Below are positions 1 through 10,254 of a DNA stretch of 64,000 nt, piece after piece. The notes below the pieces were generated by a model. The model ran no database searches. It was not told where the DNA came from and saw nothing but the letters and a program-made list of their open reading frames with translations. The stretch is taken from positions 27,153 to 91,152 of the forward strand of contig JBBQXJ010000005.1 in assembly GCA_038209745.1 (NCBI GenBank). The letters are read 5' to 3'. This DNA comes from Verrucomicrobiota bacterium (GTDB taxonomy: Bacteria > Verrucomicrobiota > Verrucomicrobiia > Limisphaerales > CANJSG01). Position numbers and translations under genes: made by a program. The stretch's first letter is position 1. Each line of letters opens with the position of its first letter.

Positions 1-533
1 CTGACTTGGACAAACGGCCGCCACTTCGGCCGCTTCGGCTTGCGGACCAGCTTCATGCCGGCTTCCTGCGGAGTATGGTTCGCCTTCCGCGTGTTACACG
101 GCACGCAGGAGCAGACGATGTTTTCCCAAGTCGTCGGACCACCCCGGTCGCGCGGGACCACGTGGTCGAGGTTCAGGTCGCGGCGGTCGAAGCGGTGACC
201 GCAATACTGGCAGGTGTTCTGGTCGCGCTCGAAGACGTTGTGCCGGGTGAACTTCACTTCCTTCTTTGGCAACCGATCGAAGACGGCCAACAGGATCACC
301 TTCGGCACACGGATGCGGAACGAGATGGTCCTGATGCTCTCGTCGTGGGGCGCTTCCTGGGAAAAGTTGTGCCACTGGTCGAAGTTATAGGTCCGGTAGT
401 TGCCGCCAAGGTCGAAGACCACCTGGGCACGGCCTTCAAAGAGAAGGGTGAGCGCGCGCTTGACCGAGCAGATATTGACCGCCTGCCAGAGGCGATTGAG
501 GACCAAAACGTGCTGGTTTAGTCGGGAGGTCAT
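1..533 (-). CDS. HNH endonuclease (3' end runs off the window)
   Basis: Manual minus-strand translation from ATG 533: MTSRLNQHVLVLNRLWQAVN...CQYCG...LNLDHVVPRDRGGPTTWENIVCSCVPCNTRK. Absent from the ORF track because no stop is reached; ORF 6..521(+) is its antisense shadow. Confidence 0.9.
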   Translation of the reverse strand, partial: MTSRLNQHVLVLNRLWQAVNICSVKRALTLLFEGRAQVVFDLGGNYRTYNFDQWHNFSQEAPHDESIRTISFRIRVPKVILLAVFDRLPKKEVKFTRHNVFERDQNTCQYCGHRFDRRDLNLDHVVPRDRGGPTTWENIVCSCVPCNTRKANHTPQEAGMKLVRKPKRPKWRPFVQV

Positions 534-696
534 GCACTGCCGCACCTGGGGCGCGGGAACCTAGCACACCCATTTTTCCTCCGTCAATGGCCGCTCTTTT
601 GCTTGCGGCGACGTCGCAAGGCTCCCTCAACCTAGGCGCAGGAGGGCGCATAAATTCCCGTTCACACCTCACCATCACCCGTGCCATCGTGTACCC

Positions 697-3048
697 GTGT
701 TCGCCGCCCTCGTCATCTCGGGAGGCAGCTCCGCGTGGATCGCCGGAGCTATCCTTCTCATTTCCATCGGGGTTCTGGCGGCGGGCTATCTGCGCGGTCC
801 CGCGCCGCGCGGGGTCCGGATCGCCGGATTCTGCCTAAAACTCCTCGCCGTCCTCGCCCTCCTGGTCTGCCTGCTGGAGCCTTCCTGGACCGGGCAACGC
901 GCCAAGCCCGGAGCCAACCAGTTCGCGATCGTCGCCGACAACAGCGAGGGCCTCCAGATCCACGATCCCGGCGCCGACCACACGCGCGGCGAGGACGAGC
1001 GGGCGCTGGTCACCGGCAAGAAATCTGGTTGGATCGGCGATCTGGAGGCCAATTTCCAACTGCGTCGCTACCGGTTCGACACCCGCCTGGAGGCCACCCG
1101 CGACTTCGCCGAACTGCGCTTCGACGGCCGGGCCACCGCGCTGGGCGCTGCGCTCCGTTCTTTGGCCGAACGATCCAAGGGCCAGCCGCTCGCCGGCGTG
1201 CTGCTGCTGACCGACGGCATCGCGACGGACATCGACGATGCTTTGCCGGATCTGACCGGATTGCCCCCCGTGTATCCCGTGGTCATCGGCGCCGATGCTT
1301 CCCCTCGCGACATCGCCATCACCAAGGCTTCCGTCAGCCTGACCGCTTTCGAAGACGCGCCCGTGACCATCCAGACAGAGGTCACGGCCGACGGGTTCGA
1401 GGGCGAACGCATTGTCGCCCAGCTCGTCGATCCGAACGGCAAGGTCGTGAAGGAAATGGGCGGAACCGCCAAGTCCACGGAGCCCTTCAGCTTCCGCTTC
1501 GAGGTGAAGCCGGAAAAACCCGGGATCTCGTTCTACGAAATTCGCGTCGCACCCGCGACCGCTTCCACCAACGCGGCTTCCCAGGAAGCCACCCTGGCCA
1601 ACAACCGTCGCGTCGTCGTCGTCGACCGGGGCCGGGGACCGTATCGGATCCTCTATGTCTCCGGCCGGCCCAACTGGGAGTTCAAGTTCATGAACCGCGC
1701 CCTCGCGGCCGACACCCAGGTCCAGCTCGTGGGTCTGATCCGACTCGCCAAGAAAGAACGGCTCGGTGCGCTCGACTTCCGGGGGCGCGAGGGCGAGACG
1801 AGCAATCCGCTCTTTCGTGGGTTCGACAAGACGAACGAAGACACCGAGCGCTACGACCAGCCGGTGCTGGCCCGCTTCAACACCCGGGACGAGACCGAGC
1901 TGCGCGCCGGCTTTCCCAAGTCCGCCGAGGATCTTTTCGCCTACCAAGCGGTCATCCTCGACGACGTCGAAGCCGGGTTCTTCACGCGCGACCAACTGGC
2001 CCTGCTCCAACGCTTCGTCACGGATCGCGGCGGCGGATTCATGATGCTCGGCGGCCAGGAATCGTTCGCCGAAGGCGGCTACGACCGGACGCCCGTCGGC
2101 GACATGTTGCCGGTCTATCTGAACCGCCGGGTCGAACCACCGAGCGAACTGGCCTACAAGCTCGACCTGACCCGCGAAGGTTGGCTGCAACCATGGGCCC
2201 GCCTCCGCACCGCCGAGACCGACGAACGGGGTCGGCTCGCCGAAATGCCCGCGTTCCAGGTGGCCAATCTGGTCGGCGGCACCCGGCCCGGCGCGAGCGT
2301 GCTGGCCACGGTGAGCGACGACTCGGGCCGGAAGCTCCCTGCTTTGACCGCCCAGCGATTCGGCCATGGCCGGGTCGGCGCCCTCCTCATCGGCGATCTT
2401 TGGCGCTGGGGTCTGAAGGATGCGAAGCAGCACGCGGACATGGACAAGGCCTGGAGGCAGATGATCCGCTGGCTCGTGGCCGATGTGCCGAGACCGGTCG
2501 ACTTCGAAGCCAGGCCGCGACCGGAGGACGGCTCGACCGAGCTGACCATCCGAGCCCACGACCGACGCTTCGAGCCCCTCGACAACGCGACGGTCGCCAT
2601 CGAGGTCGAAGCGGTCGGCGGCAACAGCACGAACGCGCCCGGACCCGTCCGCTTCAACGCCGAACCGGTCGCCGCCGAGGCCGGCGTCTACCAGACCCGC
2701 TTCACGGGGCGCGAAGTGTCCGGCTACGTGGCGAGCGCGGTCGTGACCGATGCGTCCGGCGCCGAGGTCGGACGCGCCCAAGCCGGCTGGACCAGCGACA
2801 CGGCGGCCGAGGAGTTCCGCACGCTCCGGCCCAATCGCGCTCTTTTGGAAAGCATCGCCAAACAGACCGGCGGCGAAGTCGTGTCGGCCTCCGGGCTCGC
2901 CGCGTTCGTCCGCTCCTTGCCCGATCGGCGGGCGCCCGTCACCGAAGCCTACACCACGCCGCTGTGGCACACTCCGTTGCTCTTCCTCTTCGCCCTCGCG
3001 TGCTTCGGCGCGGAATGGGCGCTGCGCCGCTGGAAAGGACTCGCTTGA
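697..3048 (+). CDS. Membrane-anchored vWA-like / glutamine-amidotransferase-like domain protein (PVC type)
   Basis: N-terminal TM helices, ADNSEG and LLTDG vWA-like motifs, GGGFMMLGG GATase-like segment, C-terminal TM ending EWALRRWKGL. Confidence 0.75.
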   Translation: MFAALVISGGSSAWIAGAILLISIGVLAAGYLRGPAPRGVRIAGFCLKLLAVLALLVCLLEPSWTGQRAKPGANQFAIVADNSEGLQIHDPGADHTRGEDERALVTGKKSGWIGDLEANFQLRRYRFDTRLEATRDFAELRFDGRATALGAALRSLAERSKGQPLAGVLLLTDGIATDIDDALPDLTGLPPVYPVVIGADASPRDIAITKASVSLTAFEDAPVTIQTEVTADGFEGERIVAQLVDPNGKVVKEMGGTAKSTEPFSFRFEVKPEKPGISFYEIRVAPATASTNAASQEATLANNRRVVVVDRGRGPYRILYVSGRPNWEFKFMNRALAADTQVQLVGLIRLAKKERLGALDFRGREGETSNPLFRGFDKTNEDTERYDQPVLARFNTRDETELRAGFPKSAEDLFAYQAVILDDVEAGFFTRDQLALLQRFVTDRGGGFMMLGGQESFAEGGYDRTPVGDMLPVYLNRRVEPPSELAYKLDLTREGWLQPWARLRTAETDERGRLAEMPAFQVANLVGGTRPGASVLATVSDDSGRKLPALTAQRFGHGRVGALLIGDLWRWGLKDAKQHADMDKAWRQMIRWLVADVPRPVDFEARPRPEDGSTELTIRAHDRRFEPLDNATVAIEVEAVGGNSTNAPGPVRFNAEPVAAEAGVYQTRFTGREVSGYVASAVVTDASGAEVGRAQAGWTSDTAAEEFRTLRPNRALLESIAKQTGGEVVSASGLAAFVRSLPDRRAPVTEAYTTPLWHTPLLFLFALACFGAEWALRRWKGLA

Positions 3049-4442
3049 TGTCGTTCAAATCCTTGGCCACCGCCGCGCTGCTCGTCTGCGCGGTCCAAAT
3101 CGCCACCGCCGCTCCACGCTTGATCGTCGCCGTCGGCGCGGCCGGCGAGGACACCTTCGGCGCCGAGTTTGCCGGATGGTCCGAAGACTGGACCCGCGCC
3201 GCCGCCAAGGCCGGTGCCGAGATCTCGATCGTCGGCACCAAGCCCGGCTCGACCAACGACCTCGCCGATTTGACCGCGCTGCTCGACGCCGAGCCCAAGG
3301 ACGGCGCCACCCAGCTTTGGCTCGTGCTCCTCGGGCACGGCACGTTCGCGGCCAACGAGGCCAAGTTCAACCTGCGCGGCCCCGACCTCACTTCGGCGGA
3401 TCTCGCCGCACGCCTCAAGCCCTTCAGCCGACCGGTGGCCATCGTCGATTGTTCCTCGGCCAGCGGCCCGTTCCTCAATGCCCTCGCCGGTCCCGCCCGC
3501 GTCGTCGTCACCGCCACCCGCAGCGGCTCGGAGGCGAACTACTCGCGGTTCGGGAAGTTCTTCGCGGAGGCCATCGGCTCCTCCGTCGGCGACCTCGACA
3601 AGGACGGCCAAGTGTCCCTGCTGGAGGCCTTCATCCTTGCGTCGGCCCGCACGGCGGAATTCTACAAATCGGAAGGCCGCCTCGCGACGGAGCATTCGCT
3701 GTTGGACGATTCCGGCGATGGTCTCGGGGTCCAGGGCGATTGGTTCCAGGGCGTCCGTGCCGTGAAAAGAGCGCGCAACAACGCGCCGGTCGACGGGGCG
3801 TTGGCCAACAGCTTCGTGCTGCTCCCCAGCCCGCGGGAACAAGCGTGGACGGACGCGTTCCGTGCCCGCCGCACTCAGCTGGAAGAGGAACTGGAGACGC
3901 TCCGGAACAAGAAAGCGGAGCTGAAGCCCGAGGACTATTACGCTCGGCTCGAGCCTGTCGTCCATGCGCTCGCCGCCAGCTATGCGCAGGCCGAAGGACG
4001 CATCACCGTCGTCCAACCGGATTCCCGGGGCAGCCTCATCCTCCCGGCCAGCGCGGCTCAGATCCACGGCGTGAAACTTCGCTACGAACCCCAGCCCCAC
4101 AAGAATACGCTCGGCTATTGGACCAACCCGTCCGACTCGGCTTCATGGACCTTCGTGGCCAGCCGGCCCGGACCCTACGAGCTCGCCGTCCTCCAAGCGT
4201 GCGGCCAAGGCAATGGCGGCAGCCGGGTCGAGTTTTCCGTGGGCGAACATCGGGTGGAGGAAACGGTCGAGGAAACCGGAGCGTTCACCAACTTCATCCA
4301 GCGAAGCTTCGGCACCAACTCCCTGATCTTGGCCGCCGGCACGAACACGCTGACGGTCCGCGTCCTATCCAAGCCCGGTGGCGCGGTGATGGATCTGAGG
4401 GAAGTCCGGCTGAACCCGGTGACCGTCCCACCAGCCAATTGA
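3048..4442 (+). CDS. Secreted protein with caspase-like domain, coiled coil and C-terminal carbohydrate-binding-like (DUF5077-like) domain
   Basis: Start MSFKSLATAALL overlaps the upstream stop (TGATG); signal peptide; LLGHGT motif; DLDKDGQVS EF-hand-like loop; C-terminal beta-sandwich (LRYEPQPHKNTLGYW). Confidence 0.65.
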   Translation: MSFKSLATAALLVCAVQIATAAPRLIVAVGAAGEDTFGAEFAGWSEDWTRAAAKAGAEISIVGTKPGSTNDLADLTALLDAEPKDGATQLWLVLLGHGTFAANEAKFNLRGPDLTSADLAARLKPFSRPVAIVDCSSASGPFLNALAGPARVVVTATRSGSEANYSRFGKFFAEAIGSSVGDLDKDGQVSLLEAFILASARTAEFYKSEGRLATEHSLLDDSGDGLGVQGDWFQGVRAVKRARNNAPVDGALANSFVLLPSPREQAWTDAFRARRTQLEEELETLRNKKAELKPEDYYARLEPVVHALAASYAQAEGRITVVQPDSRGSLILPASAAQIHGVKLRYEPQPHKNTLGYWTNPSDSASWTFVASRPGPYELAVLQACGQGNGGSRVEFSVGEHRVEETVEETGAFTNFIQRSFGTNSLILAAGTNTLTVRVLSKPGGAVMDLREVRLNPVTVPPAN

Positions 4443-4443
4443 G

Positions 4444-5163
4444 TCAGCCGCCCGCTGACCGACCGAGCAACGCGTCGAGTTCCCGGAGTCCGGCATGGGA
4501 GCCGATCTCGTAGAAGCGCGTCGCCACCTCGCAGCCGGCCAGTTGGTCGCGGGCGAGGAGATCCTGCAGCAGGTCGGCCAGATCGAACGCTTCCCGATCT
4601 GCGAAGGCGTCGAACGCGGCGGGCCGCAACAGCTCCAGCCCGTAGTCGATATGCCGCATCCCGGCCAGCTTCGCCAACTTGTCGTAGGTGCGGATCCGGC
4701 CGTCGGCGAAGACCACGTTGCTCGTGTCGAAGCGGCCCTCGTTGCGGAAGACGGTCATCAAACCCAGTTTGCCGGACCGGAAAAACGCTTCCGCCACCGG
4801 GCCGAACGGGGTGGGCAGATACGAGTCGCCGTAGAGCACGAAGAACGGATCTCCCAAAAGGGGCAGGGCCCGCCGCAGGGCCCCTCCGGTGCCGAGAAGT
4901 TTGGGACCGTCGAACGTATAGTCCACCCGCAGGCCGAACCGCGCGCCGTCACCGACGACGTCCCGGACCATTTCACCCAGATGCCCGAGACAAAGAACCA
5001 CCCGACGGACACCTTCCCGGGCGAGCTGTGCGAGCTGATGTTCGATGAAGGGCCGACCGGCCACGCTCACGAGGGACTTGGGAATCGTCTCGGTGATGGG
5101 CCTAAGCCGAGTGGCGAGCCCACCCGCCAGCACCGCGACCGGGATGGATGAAAGATCGCCCAC
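4444..5163 (-). CDS. Sugar-phosphate nucleotidyltransferase (NTP_transferase family)
   Basis: LAGGLATRLRP..PK, LGTGGAL, VLYGDSY. Confidence 0.88.
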   Translation of the reverse strand: MGDLSSIPVAVLAGGLATRLRPITETIPKSLVSVAGRPFIEHQLAQLAREGVRRVVLCLGHLGEMVRDVVGDGARFGLRVDYTFDGPKLLGTGGALRRALPLLGDPFFVLYGDSYLPTPFGPVAEAFFRSGKLGLMTVFRNEGRFDTSNVVFADGRIRTYDKLAKLAGMRHIDYGLELLRPAAFDAFADREAFDLADLLQDLLARDQLAGCEVATRFYEIGSHAGLRELDALLGRSAGG

Positions 5164-5176
5164 GGCGAATTCCGAA

Positions 5177-6235
5177 TCAGGGCTGGAGCAGCTGCCGCTG
5201 CCAGTTCATCAGCTCGGCGGAGTGGGCGTCCCAGTCTTCGGCCAGCTGGTTGAGGGTGAAGCGGGAGGCGATCAAAGTCGGGTCAACGCCGAGATCGGCG
5301 GCGATCTTGTTGCGATGATCCTCGATCTCCCGCGCACGGCGTTTCTCGCCCTCGGTTTGACGACGACTGCGGTATCGCAGGACTTCGGGCCACGTTTCGG
5401 GCGGGAGCTGGAGCGCATTGCCCACGGTCAGCTTCAGCGTCTGGGCACGGATCGGATGGAATCGCTTGGAGAGCAGTCTTTCCCAGTCCTGGCCATTGGC
5501 TGAAAGCTCCGCGATGCCGCACATGGTCTCGGGCGACAGGATGAAGAACGGCGGCCGATTGGCCGCCAGGGCCTGGAGCTCGCGCCACTCGAAAACCGCC
5601 TTGAGCACGGCCATGGCCCGGGGCGACAGGAGGTGGGAGCCTTTGACGCGCCAGACGTCGGGATCCGTCGTGGGGGCGGCCGCGCAGTCGGCCACGAGCT
5701 TGGCGCACGACTCTTCCTGCCAGGTGGTGCGGCCGAGTTCGGCGAGCTTGGCGCGCAGGAGATCGGACAGGACCTTGAGGTGGTGGGTGTCGTTCTTCGC
5801 GTATTCGATCATCCGGTCCGTCAGCGGGCGGCGGCCCCAATCGGCCTTCTGGGAAGCCTTGTCCAGCTCGACATCGAGATACTTCTTCACCAACGCGTGG
5901 AGGCCGAACTGGGGCTCACCGATCAACCGGGCGGCGAACATGGTGTCGAAGACGCGGGACGGGACGAAATGGTGCCACTTGCGGAAGAGCCGCAGGTCGT
6001 AGTCCGACCCGTGCATGATCAGTTCGCGCGGCTCCAAGGCGTCCCACAGCGGGGAAAGGTTCAGATCTGCCAAGGGGTCGACCAGTTCGTCGCATTCCGG
6101 GGGGATGGTGATCTGGATGAGGCAGAGCTTCTCCGGGTAGGCGTGCAGGCTGTCGGCCTCGGTGTCGAGGCAGAGCCAGGGAGCGGCGTTCAGCCGGTCG
6201 ACGAATTCAGTCAGAAGTTCGGAGCTATCAATCAC
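5177..6235 (-). CDS. rnd: Ribonuclease D (DEDDy exonuclease + HRDC)
   Basis: LDTEADS, HGSDYDL, FDT, DWGRRPL..YA..D, HRDC-like region. Confidence 0.88.
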   Translation of the reverse strand: MIDSSELLTEFVDRLNAAPWLCLDTEADSLHAYPEKLCLIQITIPPECDELVDPLADLNLSPLWDALEPRELIMHGSDYDLRLFRKWHHFVPSRVFDTMFAARLIGEPQFGLHALVKKYLDVELDKASQKADWGRRPLTDRMIEYAKNDTHHLKVLSDLLRAKLAELGRTTWQEESCAKLVADCAAAPTTDPDVWRVKGSHLLSPRAMAVLKAVFEWRELQALAANRPPFFILSPETMCGIAELSANGQDWERLLSKRFHPIRAQTLKLTVGNALQLPPETWPEVLRYRSRRQTEGEKRRAREIEDHRNKIAADLGVDPTLIASRFTLNQLAEDWDAHSAELMNWQRQLLQP

Positions 6236-6317
6236 GATGACCAGAAATGACGGAGACCACTAAAAATGGTGGCCTCCAGATTGTGCGGACGTGTCGCTGG
6301 AAGCCAAGAGTGTCAGA

Positions 6318-7646
6318 TCAGACGTCCGGCGCGACGTAGATGTTCGACTCTGCGAGGTGCGGCAAAATCATTTCGACGGACCGTTCCACCCCGCCTCGGT
6401 TGGCATGCACCACTTTCTTGCCGATGGCGCCCATGCGTTCGCGCAGCGCCGGATCCGAGAGCAGTTCTTCAAGCGCCCGCTCCAACTCCGCCTCGTCCCG
6501 CACCATCCGGGCGGAGCCTTCGGCCACGAACGCCTTCGAGATCGCGTCGAAGTTCTGCATGTTCGGTCCGAAGACGACCGGTTTGCCCATGGAGGCGGGT
6601 TCGATCGGGTTTTGGCCGCCTTCGGCCGTCAGGCTCTTGCCCACGAAGACGACGTCGGCGAATTCGTAGAAGTGCCGCAGCTCGCCGGTGGTGTTGACCA
6701 CGAGGGCGCCGATCATGCCCGGCGCGTGCTGGGTCCGGTTCACAATTTCCGAACGAAAGACGGTCTTGAGTCCCGCTTCCGCCAGATCGCGGCCGGCCTC
6801 GCGGCCTCTCTCGAAGTGCCGCGGGACCACCACGAGAAAAAGCTTGGGGAACTTCGTTTGCAGCTTCAGGAAGACCCGACCGAGAATCGCTTCCTCGCCC
6901 GCGTGCGTGCTCCCGGCCACTAAAAGCTGGGAATCCGTCGCCACACCGAGCTGCTGGAGCAAACCCGGGATGTCGAGATGACGTTTTTCTTCCAGGCGCG
7001 CTGCGTCGAACTTCAAGCTGCCGAGCACTTTGATTATCTCGGGCCGGAAACCCAGTTCCCGGAACTTGGCCGCGTCCTCCTCGGTCTGGCAACCGACCCC
7101 GGCGAACTTCGCGAAGATGGGGCCGAAGAGGAACCGGAAGCGGTGGTAGCCCCGGTAGGACTTCTCGGACAGGCGTGCGTTCACCAGAAAAACGGGGATG
7201 TCCCGGTCAAAGGCCCGCCAGAGGAAGTTCGGCCAGATCTCCGCCTCCACCAACACGATGGCATACGGATGAATGGTCCCCAGCGCCCGGCCCACGGCCG
7301 CCCTGAGATCGACCGGGTAGAAGATCTTGGAAATGTGGAGAGGCAGCTTTCTCTCCAGCTCGGCCATGCCCGTGGTGGTCGTGGTGCTGACAACGATCTT
7401 GAGGTTCGGGGCCCGGGGCTCGAGCGCCCTGATCAGGTGGGTGGAGATGTTGACCTCGCCCACGCTGACGGCATGGATCCAGATGCACTGCCGGTTCGTG
7501 ATGGCCTGTTTGACCTTGGAGCTATATTGACCGAACCGCTGGCCAAAGCCTTTCTGCCAGTTCCCCCGGCGCCACATCTTCAAAAAGTAGAAGGGCGAAC
7601 TCAGCCAAAAGCCGACCGCGAACAAAATATTGTAACAGAAACGCAT
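6318..7646 (-). CDS. waaA: Kdo transferase
   Basis: WIHAVSVGE, EAEIWPN, NARLS, GSTHAGEE, VPRHFER, GGQNPIEPA; start placed at MRFCYN. Confidence 0.93.
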   Translation of the reverse strand: MRFCYNILFAVGFWLSSPFYFLKMWRRGNWQKGFGQRFGQYSSKVKQAITNRQCIWIHAVSVGEVNISTHLIRALEPRAPNLKIVVSTTTTTGMAELERKLPLHISKIFYPVDLRAAVGRALGTIHPYAIVLVEAEIWPNFLWRAFDRDIPVFLVNARLSEKSYRGYHRFRFLFGPIFAKFAGVGCQTEEDAAKFRELGFRPEIIKVLGSLKFDAARLEEKRHLDIPGLLQQLGVATDSQLLVAGSTHAGEEAILGRVFLKLQTKFPKLFLVVVPRHFERGREAGRDLAEAGLKTVFRSEIVNRTQHAPGMIGALVVNTTGELRHFYEFADVVFVGKSLTAEGGQNPIEPASMGKPVVFGPNMQNFDAISKAFVAEGSARMVRDEAELERALEELLSDPALRERMGAIGKKVVHANRGGVERSVEMILPHLAESNIYVAPDV

Positions 7647-7872
7647 CACGAACTCTTCATCGAACCCCTGCACGATCCGTTTCACACGGGCTTCCCCGGC
7701 AGGTCGAAGTGTGGCGGGAGAGTCCGCGAAATAACAAATCGTGCGCGAGAAAAAAGGTCGGGGAATCAACCTAATCTTCCATCCGCCCGTTCGGGCTCGC
7801 GTGGGTGGGCCCAGTTTCTGGACATTGCGGCCTGCATTTGGAGACTGATTTGGAGATGCGGATCTTCCTCGG

Positions 7873-10203
7873 TTGAGCCACCCTCATTTCGTGAACAGCG
7901 CCATGCCGCACCGTCCCGGATCCCAGTCGGAAGACCGTTGCTTGGCCGAAGTCTTTGCCCATCGGTTGATCCACAACCCGGCGCTCGAGGCCGTCACCGT
8001 GCATCCCGCCCGCGGCACCTTGGCCATCGCCCGCATGTCCAAGGACGGCAATCAGGCCTTGGAGGAGATGGTCGTCCAGGCAGTCGAGCCGCTTCGCCAG
8101 CCCGATTCCCTCTGCCTCGTCGCCCGCGGCGAGGGTGACTGCTCCCAGTGCGATCTCGGCCCGGAAGCCCGCGCCCTTCCGGGGATCACCATCACCCACG
8201 GCGCCGAAGGCACCACCATCGCCCGCGAAACCTGCCCCACCGCGCCCAAGTTCTGGCACTGGAGCCGCCTGCCGTTGCCCAGGCTCATCCCCCGCCAGGT
8301 GGAAGTGCCCGACGACGACCACCACCTGGATGAATGGAAGCTGCAACTGGTGCTGGCCGGCGTCTGTGGCGCGCTCGGCCTGACCGGCGGGTTCTTGCTG
8401 GAGGGTCCGTGGCGTTTGGCGGCCTTCGCAGGCGCGTATCTGGCCGGCTCGTGGTTCGCCGCCGAGGAAGTCTGGGAACTGCTCCGAAAGCGCGCCCTCG
8501 ACGTCCATTTCTTGATGCTGGCGGTCGCGGCAGGCTGCGCGTCCATCGGAGCCTGGCCGGAGGGTGCCACGCTGCTCTTCCTTTTTTCGTTCTCGGGAGC
8601 CATGGAGCACTACGCGCTCGGCCGGACCCAACGAGAAATCCGTTCCCTCTTCAAAGCGGCCCCCAAAACCGCCGTGGTCATCGATGCCTCGGGTGGCGAA
8701 CGCGAAATTCCGGTGGAACAGCTTCGCCCCGGTCAGCGCCTGTTGGTCCGGCCCGACGCCCAGTTCCCGGTCGACGGCGAGATCGCCAAAGGCCAGAGCG
8801 CGGCCGACGAATCCAACCTCACCGGGGAGGCGGCGCCGGTGGAGAAGACCATTGGCGACGGCGTCTTCGCGGGAACGTTGAACCTCTGGGGCGCCGTCGA
8901 AGTCACCGTGACCCGTCCCGCCAGCGAGAGCGCGCTGGAGAAGATCATCCGCCTCATCCGCGAGTCCCAGCGGCTGAAAGCTCCCAGCCAACGCTTCACC
9001 GACCGCTTCGGCTCCGGCTACACCGTCGGGGCCCTCGGGCTCACGATCGTGATGTTCTTCGTCTGGTGGCTCGCCTTTGGGCTGCCTCCCTTCGAATCCA
9101 CGGCGACCGCCAAGAGCGCGTTCTATCGCGCCATGACGCTGCTCGTCGTCGCTTCGCCCTGCGCGCTCGTGCTGTCCATTCCCTCCGCCATTCTCGCCGC
9201 CATTGCCTGGGGCGCGCGCCACGGCGTGCTCTTCCGGGGCGGCGCCGCCGTGGAAAAACTGGCCGAGGTGGATGTCGTAGCCCTCGACAAGACCGGGACC
9301 CTCACCACCGGCGAACTCCAGATCTCCTCCGTCGAATCCTTTCCCGCCGGCCGCGAAGCCGAAGTCCTCCAGCTCGCCTGTTCCATCGAGGCCTTGTCCA
9401 ACCACCCGCTCGCCCGGGCCATCACCCGCCATGGCAAGCGCGAGGGCGTCACCCTCGTTCCGATCGAGGGTGTCGAATCCCTCGCCGGGAAAGGCCTGCG
9501 CGCCAACTCGAACGGCCACGCCCTCCTCCTCGGCAAACGCGCGTGGGTCTTCGAAGACGGCGCGCCGGTCCCGCCCAGCGCGGCTTCCGTCGGAATGTCC
9601 GAAGTCTGGATCCGCACCGAAGGACTGTCCGGCCGCCTCGCTCTGCGGGATGAAGTTCGCACCGAAGCCCGCGCCACGCTCGAACGACTCCACGACGCCG
9701 GGATCCGTTCGTTGGTCCTGACGGGCGACCGCCAGGAGGCCGCCGACGAAATGCAGCGACTGCTGCCCGTGGACGAAGTCCGAGCCGAACTGACCCCCGA
9801 GCAAAAAGTCGCCGCCATCCAAGAACTCTCCGCCGCCGGGAAAAAGCCGGCCATGATCGGCGACGGCGTCAACGACGCTCCCAGCCTGGCCGCCGCCCAC
9901 GTTGCCGTGGCCATGGGCGCCCGCGGATCCGACGCCGCCCTGGAGCAAGCCGAGGTGGTCCTGATGCACGACCGGATCGAGAACTTCTGGTCCGCCTACC
10001 AGCTCAGCCTCCGGGCCAAAGCCGTCATCCGCCAGAATCTCGTCATCTCCCTCGGCACCGTCGTCGTGTTGGTCACCGCATCCTTGATCGGCCCCATTCC
10101 TCTGACCCTCGGCGTCATCGGCCACGAAGGCAGCACCGTCATCGTGGTGCTCAACAGCCTGCGGCTGCTGTTCGGAAAAACGGTTGGCCAGCAGACCAAG
10201 TAG
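7873..10203 (+). CDS. Heavy-metal P1B-type ATPase (P1B-4-like: SPC and HEGST motifs)
   Basis: TGE, VASPCAL, DKTGT, SNHPLA, GDGVND, HEGST; start may be ATG 7903. Confidence 0.92.
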   Translation: MSHPHFVNSAMPHRPGSQSEDRCLAEVFAHRLIHNPALEAVTVHPARGTLAIARMSKDGNQALEEMVVQAVEPLRQPDSLCLVARGEGDCSQCDLGPEARALPGITITHGAEGTTIARETCPTAPKFWHWSRLPLPRLIPRQVEVPDDDHHLDEWKLQLVLAGVCGALGLTGGFLLEGPWRLAAFAGAYLAGSWFAAEEVWELLRKRALDVHFLMLAVAAGCASIGAWPEGATLLFLFSFSGAMEHYALGRTQREIRSLFKAAPKTAVVIDASGGEREIPVEQLRPGQRLLVRPDAQFPVDGEIAKGQSAADESNLTGEAAPVEKTIGDGVFAGTLNLWGAVEVTVTRPASESALEKIIRLIRESQRLKAPSQRFTDRFGSGYTVGALGLTIVMFFVWWLAFGLPPFESTATAKSAFYRAMTLLVVASPCALVLSIPSAILAAIAWGARHGVLFRGGAAVEKLAEVDVVALDKTGTLTTGELQISSVESFPAGREAEVLQLACSIEALSNHPLARAITRHGKREGVTLVPIEGVESLAGKGLRANSNGHALLLGKRAWVFEDGAPVPPSAASVGMSEVWIRTEGLSGRLALRDEVRTEARATLERLHDAGIRSLVLTGDRQEAADEMQRLLPVDEVRAELTPEQKVAAIQELSAAGKKPAMIGDGVNDAPSLAAAHVAVAMGARGSDAALEQAEVVLMHDRIENFWSAYQLSLRAKAVIRQNLVISLGTVVVLVTASLIGPIPLTLGVIGHEGSTVIVVLNSLRLLFGKTVGQQTK

Positions 10204-10254
10204 CCGGACTCTTCCTCCTTCCCCGACGCCGGTCTTGCCCGTTGAATCCTCGCA

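Noticed and set aside
1..533. HNH nuclease as part of a defence system
   Set aside because: Common stand-alone HNH type; no methylase or other defence gene visible, and its downstream context lies outside the window
681..3047. N-terminal ~790 aa of the 1253-aa ORF 681..4442
   Set aside because: Arg/Pro-rich off-frame overlap of the 697..3048 gene; the real protein starts at ATG 3048 with a signal peptide
7836..7856. ATTTGGAGA direct repeat upstream of the metal ATPase as a metal-regulator site
   Set aside because: Only two copies, no match to a motif I can name, and no regulator nearby
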